Assembly (NCBI GenBank): GCA_053919585.1 | Contig: CM132799.1 | DNA length: 64,000 nucleotides | Strand: one strand, 5' to 3' | Origin: Euprymna scolopes | Taxonomy: Eukaryota | In this document: piece by piece, positions 10,682-18,903 of the stretch | Layout: every line of letters starts with the position of its first letter | How positions within the stretch are numbered: position 1 is the first letter of the stretch | Notes under the pieces: generated by a model | Database searches by the model: none | Seen by the model: only the letters and a program-made list of their open reading frames with translations | Told to the model about the DNA's origin: nothing | Made by a program: the position numbers and the translations under genes

Positions 10682-12724
10682 ATGGAACAAGAAAACGTTC
10701 TCTTATTACGTCAACTAGTCGAGTTACAAAAAGAAAACATCGAATTACGGAAGGACATCTTACATGGACGAGCGAACACGTCGCAAACAAAAAGAATGCA
10801 GCGACCTTCTATAGGTCTGGACTCAACAGATAGCGAATGGGCACTCTTTTTAGACACCTGGTCACGGTACAAGGAGATGTGCAGACTCGAAAATCCAGCT
10901 GTAATTCGAAACGAACTGCGAGAAGCATGCACACCGGAAACGAACAGGTTACTTTTTGAGCTCATTGGACCAGAACGACTCAACAATACGGCAGAAGAGT
11001 TCCTACTTTGCCAAATACGACTGGTGGCCGTTCGAGGCTTACACAAGGAAGTCCACTGGCAAACGTTTCACTCCATGAAGCAAAATGAGGGTGAGTCAGT
11101 GACCCATTTTTTATCGAGGTTACGTGGCCAGGCGAAATTTTGTGAATTTAGTATTCAGTGTCCGAACGAACCCACTTGCCGGCAGCAGGTTAATTACTCA
11201 GACGATATGGTTGCCGGACAAATGATGGCAGGGTTAAGAAATATCGAACACCAGAGAAGGGTACTGGCAGAGGCAGCCACACTTCCTACCTTGGATCTAA
11301 AGTTTTCACGGTTGGTTTGCCTGGAGGCAACAGACGAAGCAACTCCACACTTTTCCGATACCACACAACCTCTCACGATATCTGGGGTACAAAAGTCGAA
11401 TCAAGTACAACAAATGCATGAGGCAAAGGCCCTGTCGAACCCACGGGACACCAAACCTTGCAACGGTTGCGGAAAAACATCACCCCGAGGTGGATCGATG
11501 AACCGGAAAGATTGCCCAGCAGTGGGACTCAAGTGCCACTTTTGTGGAATAGTAGGGCACATTAAAAAGGTGTGCCAGAAAATTAATAGATCCAAAATGG
11601 AGGCTATAAAAAGCGGGGAGTCGTTCATGTTTTGCACCACGGATAAAACCCCTACTCACAGACACAATGAGAGACAACCGGCAAACATTCCTCACCTTGA
11701 GTGGAATGGGAAACAGTTCCAGGTGGGCGCCCCAGAACCGCCCCCCTCAGTTACAGCAGAGGTAACTGTAATGAACAAGTGCCATGCGACCTTTGGAAGG
11801 GTGCCAAAGAAGCCGATGAAAGTGAGCACCCACGCCATCCAAGCCTTCGCGGACACAGGAGCCCAAACTTGCTCTGTTGGCCCCGAGATTCAAGGACTCC
11901 TCGGGTACCCAAATGGGTACTTGGTTCCAACTACCCATCGGATAAGGGGTATAACAAATAGCCAGTTACACATCAAGGGGGTCCTGTTTTTACATATTAA
12001 GGCGGGATCAAGAGAAACACAACAGGCAGTGTATGTGTCTGACAACACATCCGGGCTCTACTTATCACAGACGGCACTTAAGGAGCTGAAATTATTGCCA
12101 TCCAATTTTCCTACATCATTATCGCAAAGCAGCTCAGCGGAAACAGAAGAGATGGCCCCTTGCGGGTGCCCGCGCAGAACACCGGCTCCGAAGAAACCAG
12201 CAGCAATCCCATTGGAGCCAACCGACATTAACAGAGAAAAATTGGAGCAATGGCTAAAGGAACATTTCAAGGCTAGCGCATTCAATACCTGTCCACACCA
12301 ACCACTCCAAGTAATGAAGGGTAAACCCTTAGAAATAAAATTCCTCCCAGATGCGACACCGACGGCAATCCACACACCAATACCTGTCCCCCATCATTGG
12401 AAGGAAAAGGTGAAACAAGATATAGACCGTGACGTGGCACTGGGGATAATCGAACCCGTACCGGTAGGCACACCAACTACTTGGTGCTCGAGAATGGTGG
12501 TCACACCAAAAAAGGATGGATCCCCAAGGCGGACGGTGGACTTACAAAAGTTGAACGAGGCGACCATGAGGGAGACGCACCACACTTCGTCCCCATTCAA
12601 TCAGGTCTCGGTAATACCTGCACATACCAGGAAGACTGTACTCGATGCGTGGAACGGTTACCACAGTTTACCGCTGTCTCCAGCTGCACGAAATGCCACC
12701 ACGTTCATCACTGAATGGGGTTGA
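10682..12724 (+). CDS. gag: Gag (CCHC knuckle), aspartic protease and N-terminal half of reverse transcriptase
   Basis: CHFCGIVGHIKKVC (CX2CX4HX4C); protease FADTGAQ; RT motifs WCSRMVVTPKKDGSPRRTVDLQKLN and LDAWNGYHS. Confidence 0.85.
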   Translation: MEQENVLLLRQLVELQKENIELRKDILHGRANTSQTKRMQRPSIGLDSTDSEWALFLDTWSRYKEMCRLENPAVIRNELREACTPETNRLLFELIGPERLNNTAEEFLLCQIRLVAVRGLHKEVHWQTFHSMKQNEGESVTHFLSRLRGQAKFCEFSIQCPNEPTCRQQVNYSDDMVAGQMMAGLRNIEHQRRVLAEAATLPTLDLKFSRLVCLEATDEATPHFSDTTQPLTISGVQKSNQVQQMHEAKALSNPRDTKPCNGCGKTSPRGGSMNRKDCPAVGLKCHFCGIVGHIKKVCQKINRSKMEAIKSGESFMFCTTDKTPTHRHNERQPANIPHLEWNGKQFQVGAPEPPPSVTAEVTVMNKCHATFGRVPKKPMKVSTHAIQAFADTGAQTCSVGPEIQGLLGYPNGYLVPTTHRIRGITNSQLHIKGVLFLHIKAGSRETQQAVYVSDNTSGLYLSQTALKELKLLPSNFPTSLSQSSSAETEEMAPCGCPRRTPAPKKPAAIPLEPTDINREKLEQWLKEHFKASAFNTCPHQPLQVMKGKPLEIKFLPDATPTAIHTPIPVPHHWKEKVKQDIDRDVALGIIEPVPVGTPTTWCSRMVVTPKKDGSPRRTVDLQKLNEATMRETHHTSSPFNQVSVIPAHTRKTVLDAWNGYHSLPLSPAARNATTFITEWG

Positions 12725-15214
12725 TACAGGTACTGTCGAGCCCCTCAAGGATTCCATGGATCAGGAGATGGCTACACCCGTCGGTTTGACGATATCACCA
12801 TGGACATGGCTCGAAAAACTCGGTGTATAGATGACAGTCTCCTGTGGAACAACTCAATGGAATCCTCATTCTGGCACACAATTGAATATATAAACCACTG
12901 CGCCGATAGAGGGATTGTGTTTAACCCAGACAAGTTTCACTTTGCTGACATGGAAGTGGAGTTCGCAGGGTTTCAAGTAACAGCGAACGGGGTCAAACCC
13001 ACAAGAAGAATGACTGAAGCCATCCTGAGCTTCCCCACCCCGACAAATATTACTGGGGTTAGGTCCTGGTTCGGACTCGTAAACCAAGTCTCCTATGCAT
13101 TCTCACAAGCCGAAGTTATGGCCCCATTCCGAGAGTTGCTGAAAACAAAGGACAGGAAATTTTATTGGGATGAGACACTGGAACAGGTATTCCAAGAGTC
13201 GAAAAAAATAATAGTGGAAAGAATTGAAAAAGGCATCCAAACATTCGAAATGAACAGAGCAACAGGACTCGCGACAGACTACAGCAAAACAGGGATATCG
13301 TATTTTCTGTTTCAAAAGCATTGCAGATGTGAGGGGGAATTAAACATGAGTTGTGGGGATGGCCATTGGAAACTCATCCTGGCGGGATCCCGTTTTACCA
13401 ACGACGCGGAATCACGATATGCACCAGTGGAAGGTGAAGCCTTGGCTCTGATCTATGGGTTGGAATCATGCCGCATGTTCATACTCGGATGCCCAGACTT
13501 GGTGATTACAGTGGATCACTTACCGCTCGTAAAGATATTTTCGGACCGAGCCCTGGAGAACATAAAAAACCCACGCCTGTTAAACTTCAAGGAAAAATCA
13601 CTCATGTATAAATTCAAGATAAAACATCGACCGGGGAAACTCAACTTGGCCCCTGACTGTGCATCTCGGTACCCGGCGGGCACCCCACCAAGAGACCAGG
13701 ACCAATCCATTGACACCGCAGTCAAAGCCACCCTAACATCGATGTACGAGAATGATACTACGTTAAGAGCCATCATATGGGGAAGGATTGTGGCTGCGGC
13801 AGCCACGGACGAAGAATGCAGGACTTTGAAAGAGCTGATTCAAAATGGCTTCCCCCAGTCACGTAACAATATCCCAACCGTAGTTCGAGTCTTCTGGCCT
13901 ATGCGTGAGGAATTATATTGCCTGGAAGGAGTGATCATCAAGGGGAACAAAATCCTAATACCTCGACAACTCCGCGCAGAGGTATTGGAATCTCTTCATT
14001 CGGGTGTGAACGGAATGCTGGCGAATGCGAGACAACGACTATTCTGGCCAGGGTTGGATGCTAACATCAGGCAAACAAGAGCCCAGTGCCGCACGTGCAA
14101 TGAAATCGCACCGTCTAAGCCCAGGGAACCCTTGATGTCCCCAGCAGACCCGGAATTTCCATTCCAACAAGTGGTGGTTGACTTCGTCCAGATGCAGGGT
14201 AGACACTTTATGGTATACGCAGACAGGTATACGGGATGGGTTGAAGTGGCCCTAATGACGTCGGGAAGAGCCAAGACGGTGTGCGATACCTTGAGGACTT
14301 GGTTCTGTACCTACGGCGTACCGGAAGAGATTTCGTCGGATGGTGGACCACCATTTGAATCCCAGGAATACGACTCCTTTTTGAGGAATTGGGGCATACG
14401 AAAACGTACCTCATCAGCGCATTATGCCCAAGGCAATGGCCGCGCAGAGTTAGCCGTCAAAACCGCGAGACGTATACTGGCGGACAATACGGACAGTTAT
14501 GGACGCCTGTGCCATGATCGGGCAGCCCGAGCACTACTGACCCATAGGAACACGCCTGTCCAGGATCTGGACATGTCCCCGGCCATGATGCTGTATGGTC
14601 GGGTCATTAAAGACCACCTTCCTGTCCTGCGGGACAAATACCAGGTTCGAAAACAGTGGACAGAAATAGGCAAACTAAGGGAAGTAACAATGGCCAAAAG
14701 ACATATGAGGAATGAGCAGTATTACAACCAACATAGTCGCCCACTCCGGGAACTCCAGGTAGGAGATTACGTCCAGATCCAGAACCAGGATGGGAACCAC
14801 CCACGTCGATGGACAAAGACAGGGAGAATCGTGGAGACCCAGGGGTACCGACAGTACCAAGTCCGGGTCGATGGAAGCAATCGAGTGACATTGCGCAACC
14901 GTCGGTTTCTCCGTAGAATACACCCGGTAGTGGATGGCCCTCGTAACATCAGACAAGAAATTCCGAACCCACCTATAAATGTGGAGACCCCACAGGAACA
15001 ACCTCCGGAGGAGGCAATGGAGGTGGAACAACACGCCGACACGGAATCCCTAAGCGAGCATGAGGAAGAAATGGAAGTGGAAGATACCACGGGAGGAGAT
15101 ACCCAAAAATACAGTCCTCCTCCGTTAAGGGAACCGTCAAGTCGGAGGACGAGAGCCCCAAGGGGTTTGTCGCCGCAAATGCGGGGGAAGTCGCACGGGT
15201 ATTTCTCCACATAA
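12725..15214 (+). CDS. pol: Pol remainder: RT catalytic region, RNase H, integrase
   Basis: RT CIDD; RNase H TDYSK, RYAPVEGEALA, TVDHLPL; integrase D-D-E in VVVDF, SSDGGPPF and NGRAELAVK. Confidence 0.88.
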   Translation, partial: YRYCRAPQGFHGSGDGYTRRFDDITMDMARKTRCIDDSLLWNNSMESSFWHTIEYINHCADRGIVFNPDKFHFADMEVEFAGFQVTANGVKPTRRMTEAILSFPTPTNITGVRSWFGLVNQVSYAFSQAEVMAPFRELLKTKDRKFYWDETLEQVFQESKKIIVERIEKGIQTFEMNRATGLATDYSKTGISYFLFQKHCRCEGELNMSCGDGHWKLILAGSRFTNDAESRYAPVEGEALALIYGLESCRMFILGCPDLVITVDHLPLVKIFSDRALENIKNPRLLNFKEKSLMYKFKIKHRPGKLNLAPDCASRYPAGTPPRDQDQSIDTAVKATLTSMYENDTTLRAIIWGRIVAAAATDEECRTLKELIQNGFPQSRNNIPTVVRVFWPMREELYCLEGVIIKGNKILIPRQLRAEVLESLHSGVNGMLANARQRLFWPGLDANIRQTRAQCRTCNEIAPSKPREPLMSPADPEFPFQQVVVDFVQMQGRHFMVYADRYTGWVEVALMTSGRAKTVCDTLRTWFCTYGVPEEISSDGGPPFESQEYDSFLRNWGIRKRTSSAHYAQGNGRAELAVKTARRILADNTDSYGRLCHDRAARALLTHRNTPVQDLDMSPAMMLYGRVIKDHLPVLRDKYQVRKQWTEIGKLREVTMAKRHMRNEQYYNQHSRPLRELQVGDYVQIQNQDGNHPRRWTKTGRIVETQGYRQYQVRVDGSNRVTLRNRRFLRRIHPVVDGPRNIRQEIPNPPINVETPQEQPPEEAMEVEQHADTESLSEHEEEMEVEDTTGGDTQKYSPPPLREPSSRRTRAPRGLSPQMRGKSHGYFST

Positions 15215-15247
15215 AGGATGACCACAACAACTTGCTTTTGTGGTCAC

Positions 15248-15259
15248 GAGGGGGAGGGG
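15248..15259 (+). promoter_or_regulatory. Polypurine tract
   Basis: GAGGGGGAGGGG ending 2 nt before the 3' LTR. Confidence 0.9.
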
Positions 15260-15261
15260 CA

Positions 15262-15423
15262 TGTAGAGGCCAGAAAGGAGTTATCGCCCTTTCTCTCAGA
15301 CTTGGCATAAGTGGAGTTATCCCCCTTATAAAAGAAGAGAGGAATCGCCATTATGTGTTTACACTCATCGACGGCGACACGCTGTCGGATTGGGAAACCA
15401 GCTTGCTTAACGCAAACTGTACA
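15262..15423 (+). repeat. 3' LTR (162 bp)
   Basis: 161/162 identical to the 5' LTR; followed by TSD ATGAC. Confidence 0.97.
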
Positions 15424-15429
15424 ATGACT

Positions 15430-15730
15430 AATTGTAATTTTTGGCCGCCCACGCAGAGAATTGAACCTTCAACCTTCAGGAGAATATCACCTTTACAATT
15501 GATTTTTCCAAGTACTCTAATCATTGCGGAACGGGTCCTTGCGGTCCACACAGCACATGCCATCAGATAAGAAACACGCACATGTAGCTATGAAATCCTC
15601 CCTCCCCACCCCTACTCTCCTACCTTGCATCTTAGCAATTGTATTTTTCGGTCGCCCACACTTAGAATTGAACCTTCAACCTTCAGGAGAATATCACTTT
15701 TACAATTGATTTTTCCAAGTATTCTAATCA
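15430..15730. repeat. Two diverged ~94-bp direct repeats (15430-15523 and 15637-15730)
   Basis: Shared AGAATTGAACCTTCAACCTTCAGGAGAATATCAC(C/T)TTTACAATTGATTTTTCCAAGTA. Confidence 0.9.
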
Positions 15731-15777
15731 CTGCACCACTAGTCCTTGACGTTTCACTAAATATTTTACATAATCGA

Positions 15778-15878
15778 TTTTGAAAATACACCAGAAGAAG
15801 GTCAGAGGTTACATCGACTGAAACGTTGTTAAAATCACACTCAAGATGAGAACAGTAGTCCGAAGAATCTAAATAATA
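15778..15878 (+). mobile_element. Penelope-like terminal repeat with degenerate hammerhead motif (right arm, inverted relative to 10255-10341)
   Basis: CAC-CAGAAGA-AGGTCAGAGGTTACATCGACT-GAAACGTTG...CACTCAAGATGAGAA; core U changed to A. Confidence 0.65.
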
Positions 15879-15887
15879 TGAATAACT

Positions 15888-16196
15888 GATGAACTCGTTG
15901 CACTTGTACCCCCTCGACGTACATATCTCTGACAAAACCGCTTTGCAATAAGATCTCACCCCCTTCACTGTTGTTGTCGCTAAATGCCAGAAAGCTTTCT
16001 ATTCTAACAGTTTCTTCCCTCGAACAGCTAGACTTTGGAATTCCCTTTCTGCTGCCTGTTTCCCTGGTTGTACTGATATGCAGAAGTTTAAATGTAACAT
16101 AAACAAATATCTTGTTAATCTTTCCAAGTGGCGATATGCTTTGTAAGGGATAAAAGAAAAAAAGAAAATTAAAAAAATTAAATAAAAAAAAAAAAT
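15888..16196 (+). mobile_element. L2/CR1-group LINE 3' fragment with A-rich tail
   Basis: DELVALVPP...RFAIRSHP(frameshift)FTVVVAKCQKAFYSNSFFPRTARLWNSLSAACFP...KFKCNINKYL, then an A-rich tail. Confidence 0.8.
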
Positions 16197-16229
16197 AACT
16201 AATCCCCATCTCAAAAATCCAGAAATGTC

Positions 16230-16312
16230 TTCACTTTTGTCAAAAACATCATTTTTTTTTTTTAACACACACACCTCCAAACACCCAGGAAACGCCGGGT
16301 ATCCCCTGCTAG
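16230..16312 (+). mobile_element. Helitron 3' terminus (start approximate)
   Basis: ACACACCTCCAAACA-CCCAGGAAACGCCGGG-TATCCCCTG-CTAG; paralogous to 16741-16790. Confidence 0.7.
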
Positions 16313-16790
16313 TCTATCTATATAAATAAAAGCCAAAATGTGTATGTATGTATGTATGTATGTATGTATGTATGTATGTATGCATGTTCGCTTTTTGTGT
16401 ATGTCTGCAAAAGACTTTTTCCGCCGTGAGTCTCAGTCGGCTCGCTCATTCTTAAAAATTTTTATATCGCGTCTAAATGATAATAACTACGACTTAACAA
16501 TGGAGTCGCATGTGTATTTAATTTGCCCAACTTTTATGAGCTTGCTGCGTCTTGAAACTAGATCAGATATCATGCCACTTCCTCGCACCTGTTTATTTTT
16601 CCTTCGCATAACGTCCTTATCAGTTCCACTCCATGGTGGCCGAGATGGTTAGGTGTCTGGCTTCCCCCCCCCCCTTTCGTTTCCACCTTCACGTCAAGGC
16701 TTCGGAGTTCAATCCCACCTTCCTACTAAAACTTTTTTTTTAACACACACACCTCCAAATACCCGGGCTACACCGGGTACCCCCTGCTAG
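16313..16790 (+). mobile_element. Non-autonomous Helitron (~480 bp) with (TATG)n and tRNA-like A/B boxes
   Basis: Starts TCTATCTATATAAATAAAAG; (TATG)n at ~16340-16383; ends with hairpin CCCGGGCTACACCGGG plus CTAG. Confidence 0.82.
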
Positions 16791-17342
16791 CCTATTACAT
16801 AAATCTCACCTGTCTCTTTAAATGTATGTATGTCTGCTTAAAACTTTCGATAGAGGTGATAGATTTTGAAGAGATCAGTATCGTTTTGAATCTCGCCCTT
16901 CGGACGATAAATATAAAAAAATTGGCCAAAAACATTAATTCCTTCACCCTCAACTGAGTACTTTTCTATAGGGAGGGGTCACTTTTTTTGTCCATATTTT
17001 CGAAAGTCATCCCCTCTTTTCGATTGTCTAGTCTTAATTAAAGCCGGTGACACTTCCGGTTCGGCGATGGGTGCAACAGCTAACACATCATGTTTTCCTT
17101 TTTTCCACTTTCTTTTCCTCCTTCATGGTACGGGTTCGAACCTACCTGCCTACGACTACTTTCTTTTTTTTTTTTGTGCTCGCAATTTTCCTTTTTCTTT
17201 TACTCAACCAACATCCTTACACAACCTTTCTTTTCCACCTTTGCGTCACGGGTTCGAGCCTGCCTGCCTACAACAATTTTTTTGTTTTTTTGCTCAACAT
17301 ACACCTACAAACACCCGGGCAATGCCGGGCACCCCAGTCTAG
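16791..17342 (+). mobile_element. Non-autonomous Helitron (~550 bp), head-to-tail with the previous copy
   Basis: Starts CCTATTACATAAAT (degenerate TC end); short (TATG)n; ends CCCGGGCAATGCCGGG...CTAG|T; internal ~118-bp duplication each with GGTTCGA(A/G)CC. Confidence 0.75.
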
Positions 17343-17442
17343 TAAAAAAATAAGCAAGGAAGATCACTCTAAGAAGACTTTTTCCCCCTTCAAATCCAAG
17401 GCAAGCAGACATCTCGCTTTTTGCTACAATCTCCTTACAAAT

Positions 17443-17585
17443 CTAGCAGATATCCTAACTGTAATCTCTGAACGTATGTATCATACACTGGACAAAACAG
17501 AGTAGGGTAGGGCAGTAGCCCTAGATATATTTAAGACTCTTGACAGAGTATGGCATGATGGTCTTCTCAGGAAAATCAGATCATC
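17443..17585 (+). mobile_element. L2/CR1-group LINE reverse-transcriptase fragment
   Basis: LADILTVISERMYHTLDKTE*GRAVALDIFKTLDRVWHDGLLRKI matches the ALDISKAFDxVWH.GLL.K RT motif. Confidence 0.8.
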
Positions 17586-17856
17586 TGTTGTTTTGAGTGA
17601 TGCGTATGTGAAGATATCCAATCCTTTCATAGTATTCATCATTCAATTGGCAAAAACCTCCATCTTTGCTTTTCCAGTCAATAAACAATCAAAAACAAGC
17701 AAGGGAGATCACTCTATAAGCTTGACAAAAAAAAAAAACAGAACTTTTTAAAAATCTTAACACAAAGGAAGACAACATAAACAACAAATTCTGATGATGC
17801 CTAACATCACCAGTGTATTTGAGAAGTATTATTACCACACAAGCGGAAAGGACAGT

Positions 17857-18038
17857 CATATAAAATCAACAGTAGGTTCTTTGATATGACAGGAACGCGT
17901 TCAAAATGAATGGGGCCCTTAACTATTTGATTGAAAGATGTGCGATTTCACAGATTTCGATGACAATTAAATATATGGGAGTGTGAAACATCGGTTGATC
18001 ATCGTTTAATCCCAGGCAACGTCGGGTCTCCCTGCTAG
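17857..18038 (+). mobile_element. Internally deleted Helitron 3' fragment (family of 7345-8365, opposite orientation)
   Basis: CATATAAAATCAACAGTAGGTTCTTTGAT and AATCCCAGGCAACGTCGGGTCTCCCTGCTAG|T are reverse-complement matches to ~7835-7866 and 7345-7375. Confidence 0.8.
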
Positions 18039-18903
18039 TCGTTAATAAAATTCACTGCAATCCAACCATATTTAATCCAAACAAACTTCATGTCCACCAA
18101 ATTTTAGTAATTTGGTGACCCCCCCCCCTTCTATCGGAAAAAATAATATAGGAGGAAATTTTGTTTTACTGGGCCTCACGATCAAATAAATGGTTATTCC
18201 TATTTACTTGTCTCCCCACGATATCATCTAACAAATGGAGAAATTAATATTAGATTTTTGGGTTTGTTTTACAATCCACAGAGATACAAAAAAGTGGTCA
18301 AAAATTTTAAATCATAAAAAACAATATATGTTATGGTAATATATATTGGATAGGTTTCTAACAGTATTTTGTATAATTCTTTATTTTTAAGTCATTATCA
18401 AATGTTCACATATTCAGGTGTCAGTTCACGTCACGACCATTTTTCTTGTTGGTACCGACTGTTAGACACTGTATGTTTTTTAGACTGATTAAACATTTTT
18501 AAGTAAATAAAAACACTACAAACTTTTCCAGGTAGGTAGAAGAGTAACTTATCTTGCCTTATCTTAACATTTATTTGTTATATTTTTGAATTTTGGACCC
18601 CTTAAAGTTTAATGAAATATAAACGTATTTATTGAAAAAAAATATTTACAAATGGTATAAGGGAGATAAGCAAGTTTTTAATTCGGTCTAGTTTATGTTT
18701 AAAGAAAGATAGAGTTATTGAGAATTAATGACAATATTTCTTTGGACAGAGAAAAGGTTAGAAAATCTTTATAATTACCAAATGTCCAGTTTTTCTTTGT
18801 AATCGATTCTTATTCCTTTCGACTGGATTTGGATCCCAGGAAATATTGGCCCGAGTTAATCTAGTCAGCGTCTGACAACCTGGAGCAGCATAATGACTCA
18901 GAT

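Larger units (their letters stand above)
10682..15214 (+). pseudogene. gag-pol: gag-pol polyprotein, single frame of 1,511 codons, interrupted by one in-frame TGA at 12722-12724
   Basis: ORFs 10538-12724 and 12800-15214 share a frame; the first ATG after the PBS is 10682; reading through gives FITEWG*YRYCRAPQG, where the conserved motif is WGRYRY. Confidence 0.92.
10445..15423 (+). mobile_element. Structurally complete Ty3/Gypsy LTR retrotransposon (Mag-lineage-like), 4,979 bp
   Basis: TG...CA LTRs at 10445-10606 and 15262-15423; 5-bp TSD ATGAC at 10440-10444 and 15424-15428; PBS and PPT present; domain order Gag-PR-RT-RH-IN. Short LTRs, a twin Cys-knuckle region and one gag-pol frame suggest the Mag lineage. 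Confidence 0.97.

Noticed and set aside
12722-12724. Programmed readthrough or A-to-I rescue (UGA to UGG) of the stop
   Set aside because: The stop lies mid-RT rather than at the gag/pol boundary, replaces a conserved Arg, and the A has a 5' G neighbour that ADARs disfavour.
10711-15308. Antisense and alternate-frame ORFs inside the retrotransposon (possible env or accessory gene)
   Set aside because: Short, overlapping gag-pol, without recognisable motifs; only ~47 bp separate the pol stop from the 3' LTR, leaving no room for env.
15886-15892. Extra CTGATGA hammerhead core
   Set aside because: No stem II or GAAA follows; it overlaps the start of the LINE-derived reading frame (DELVALVPP).
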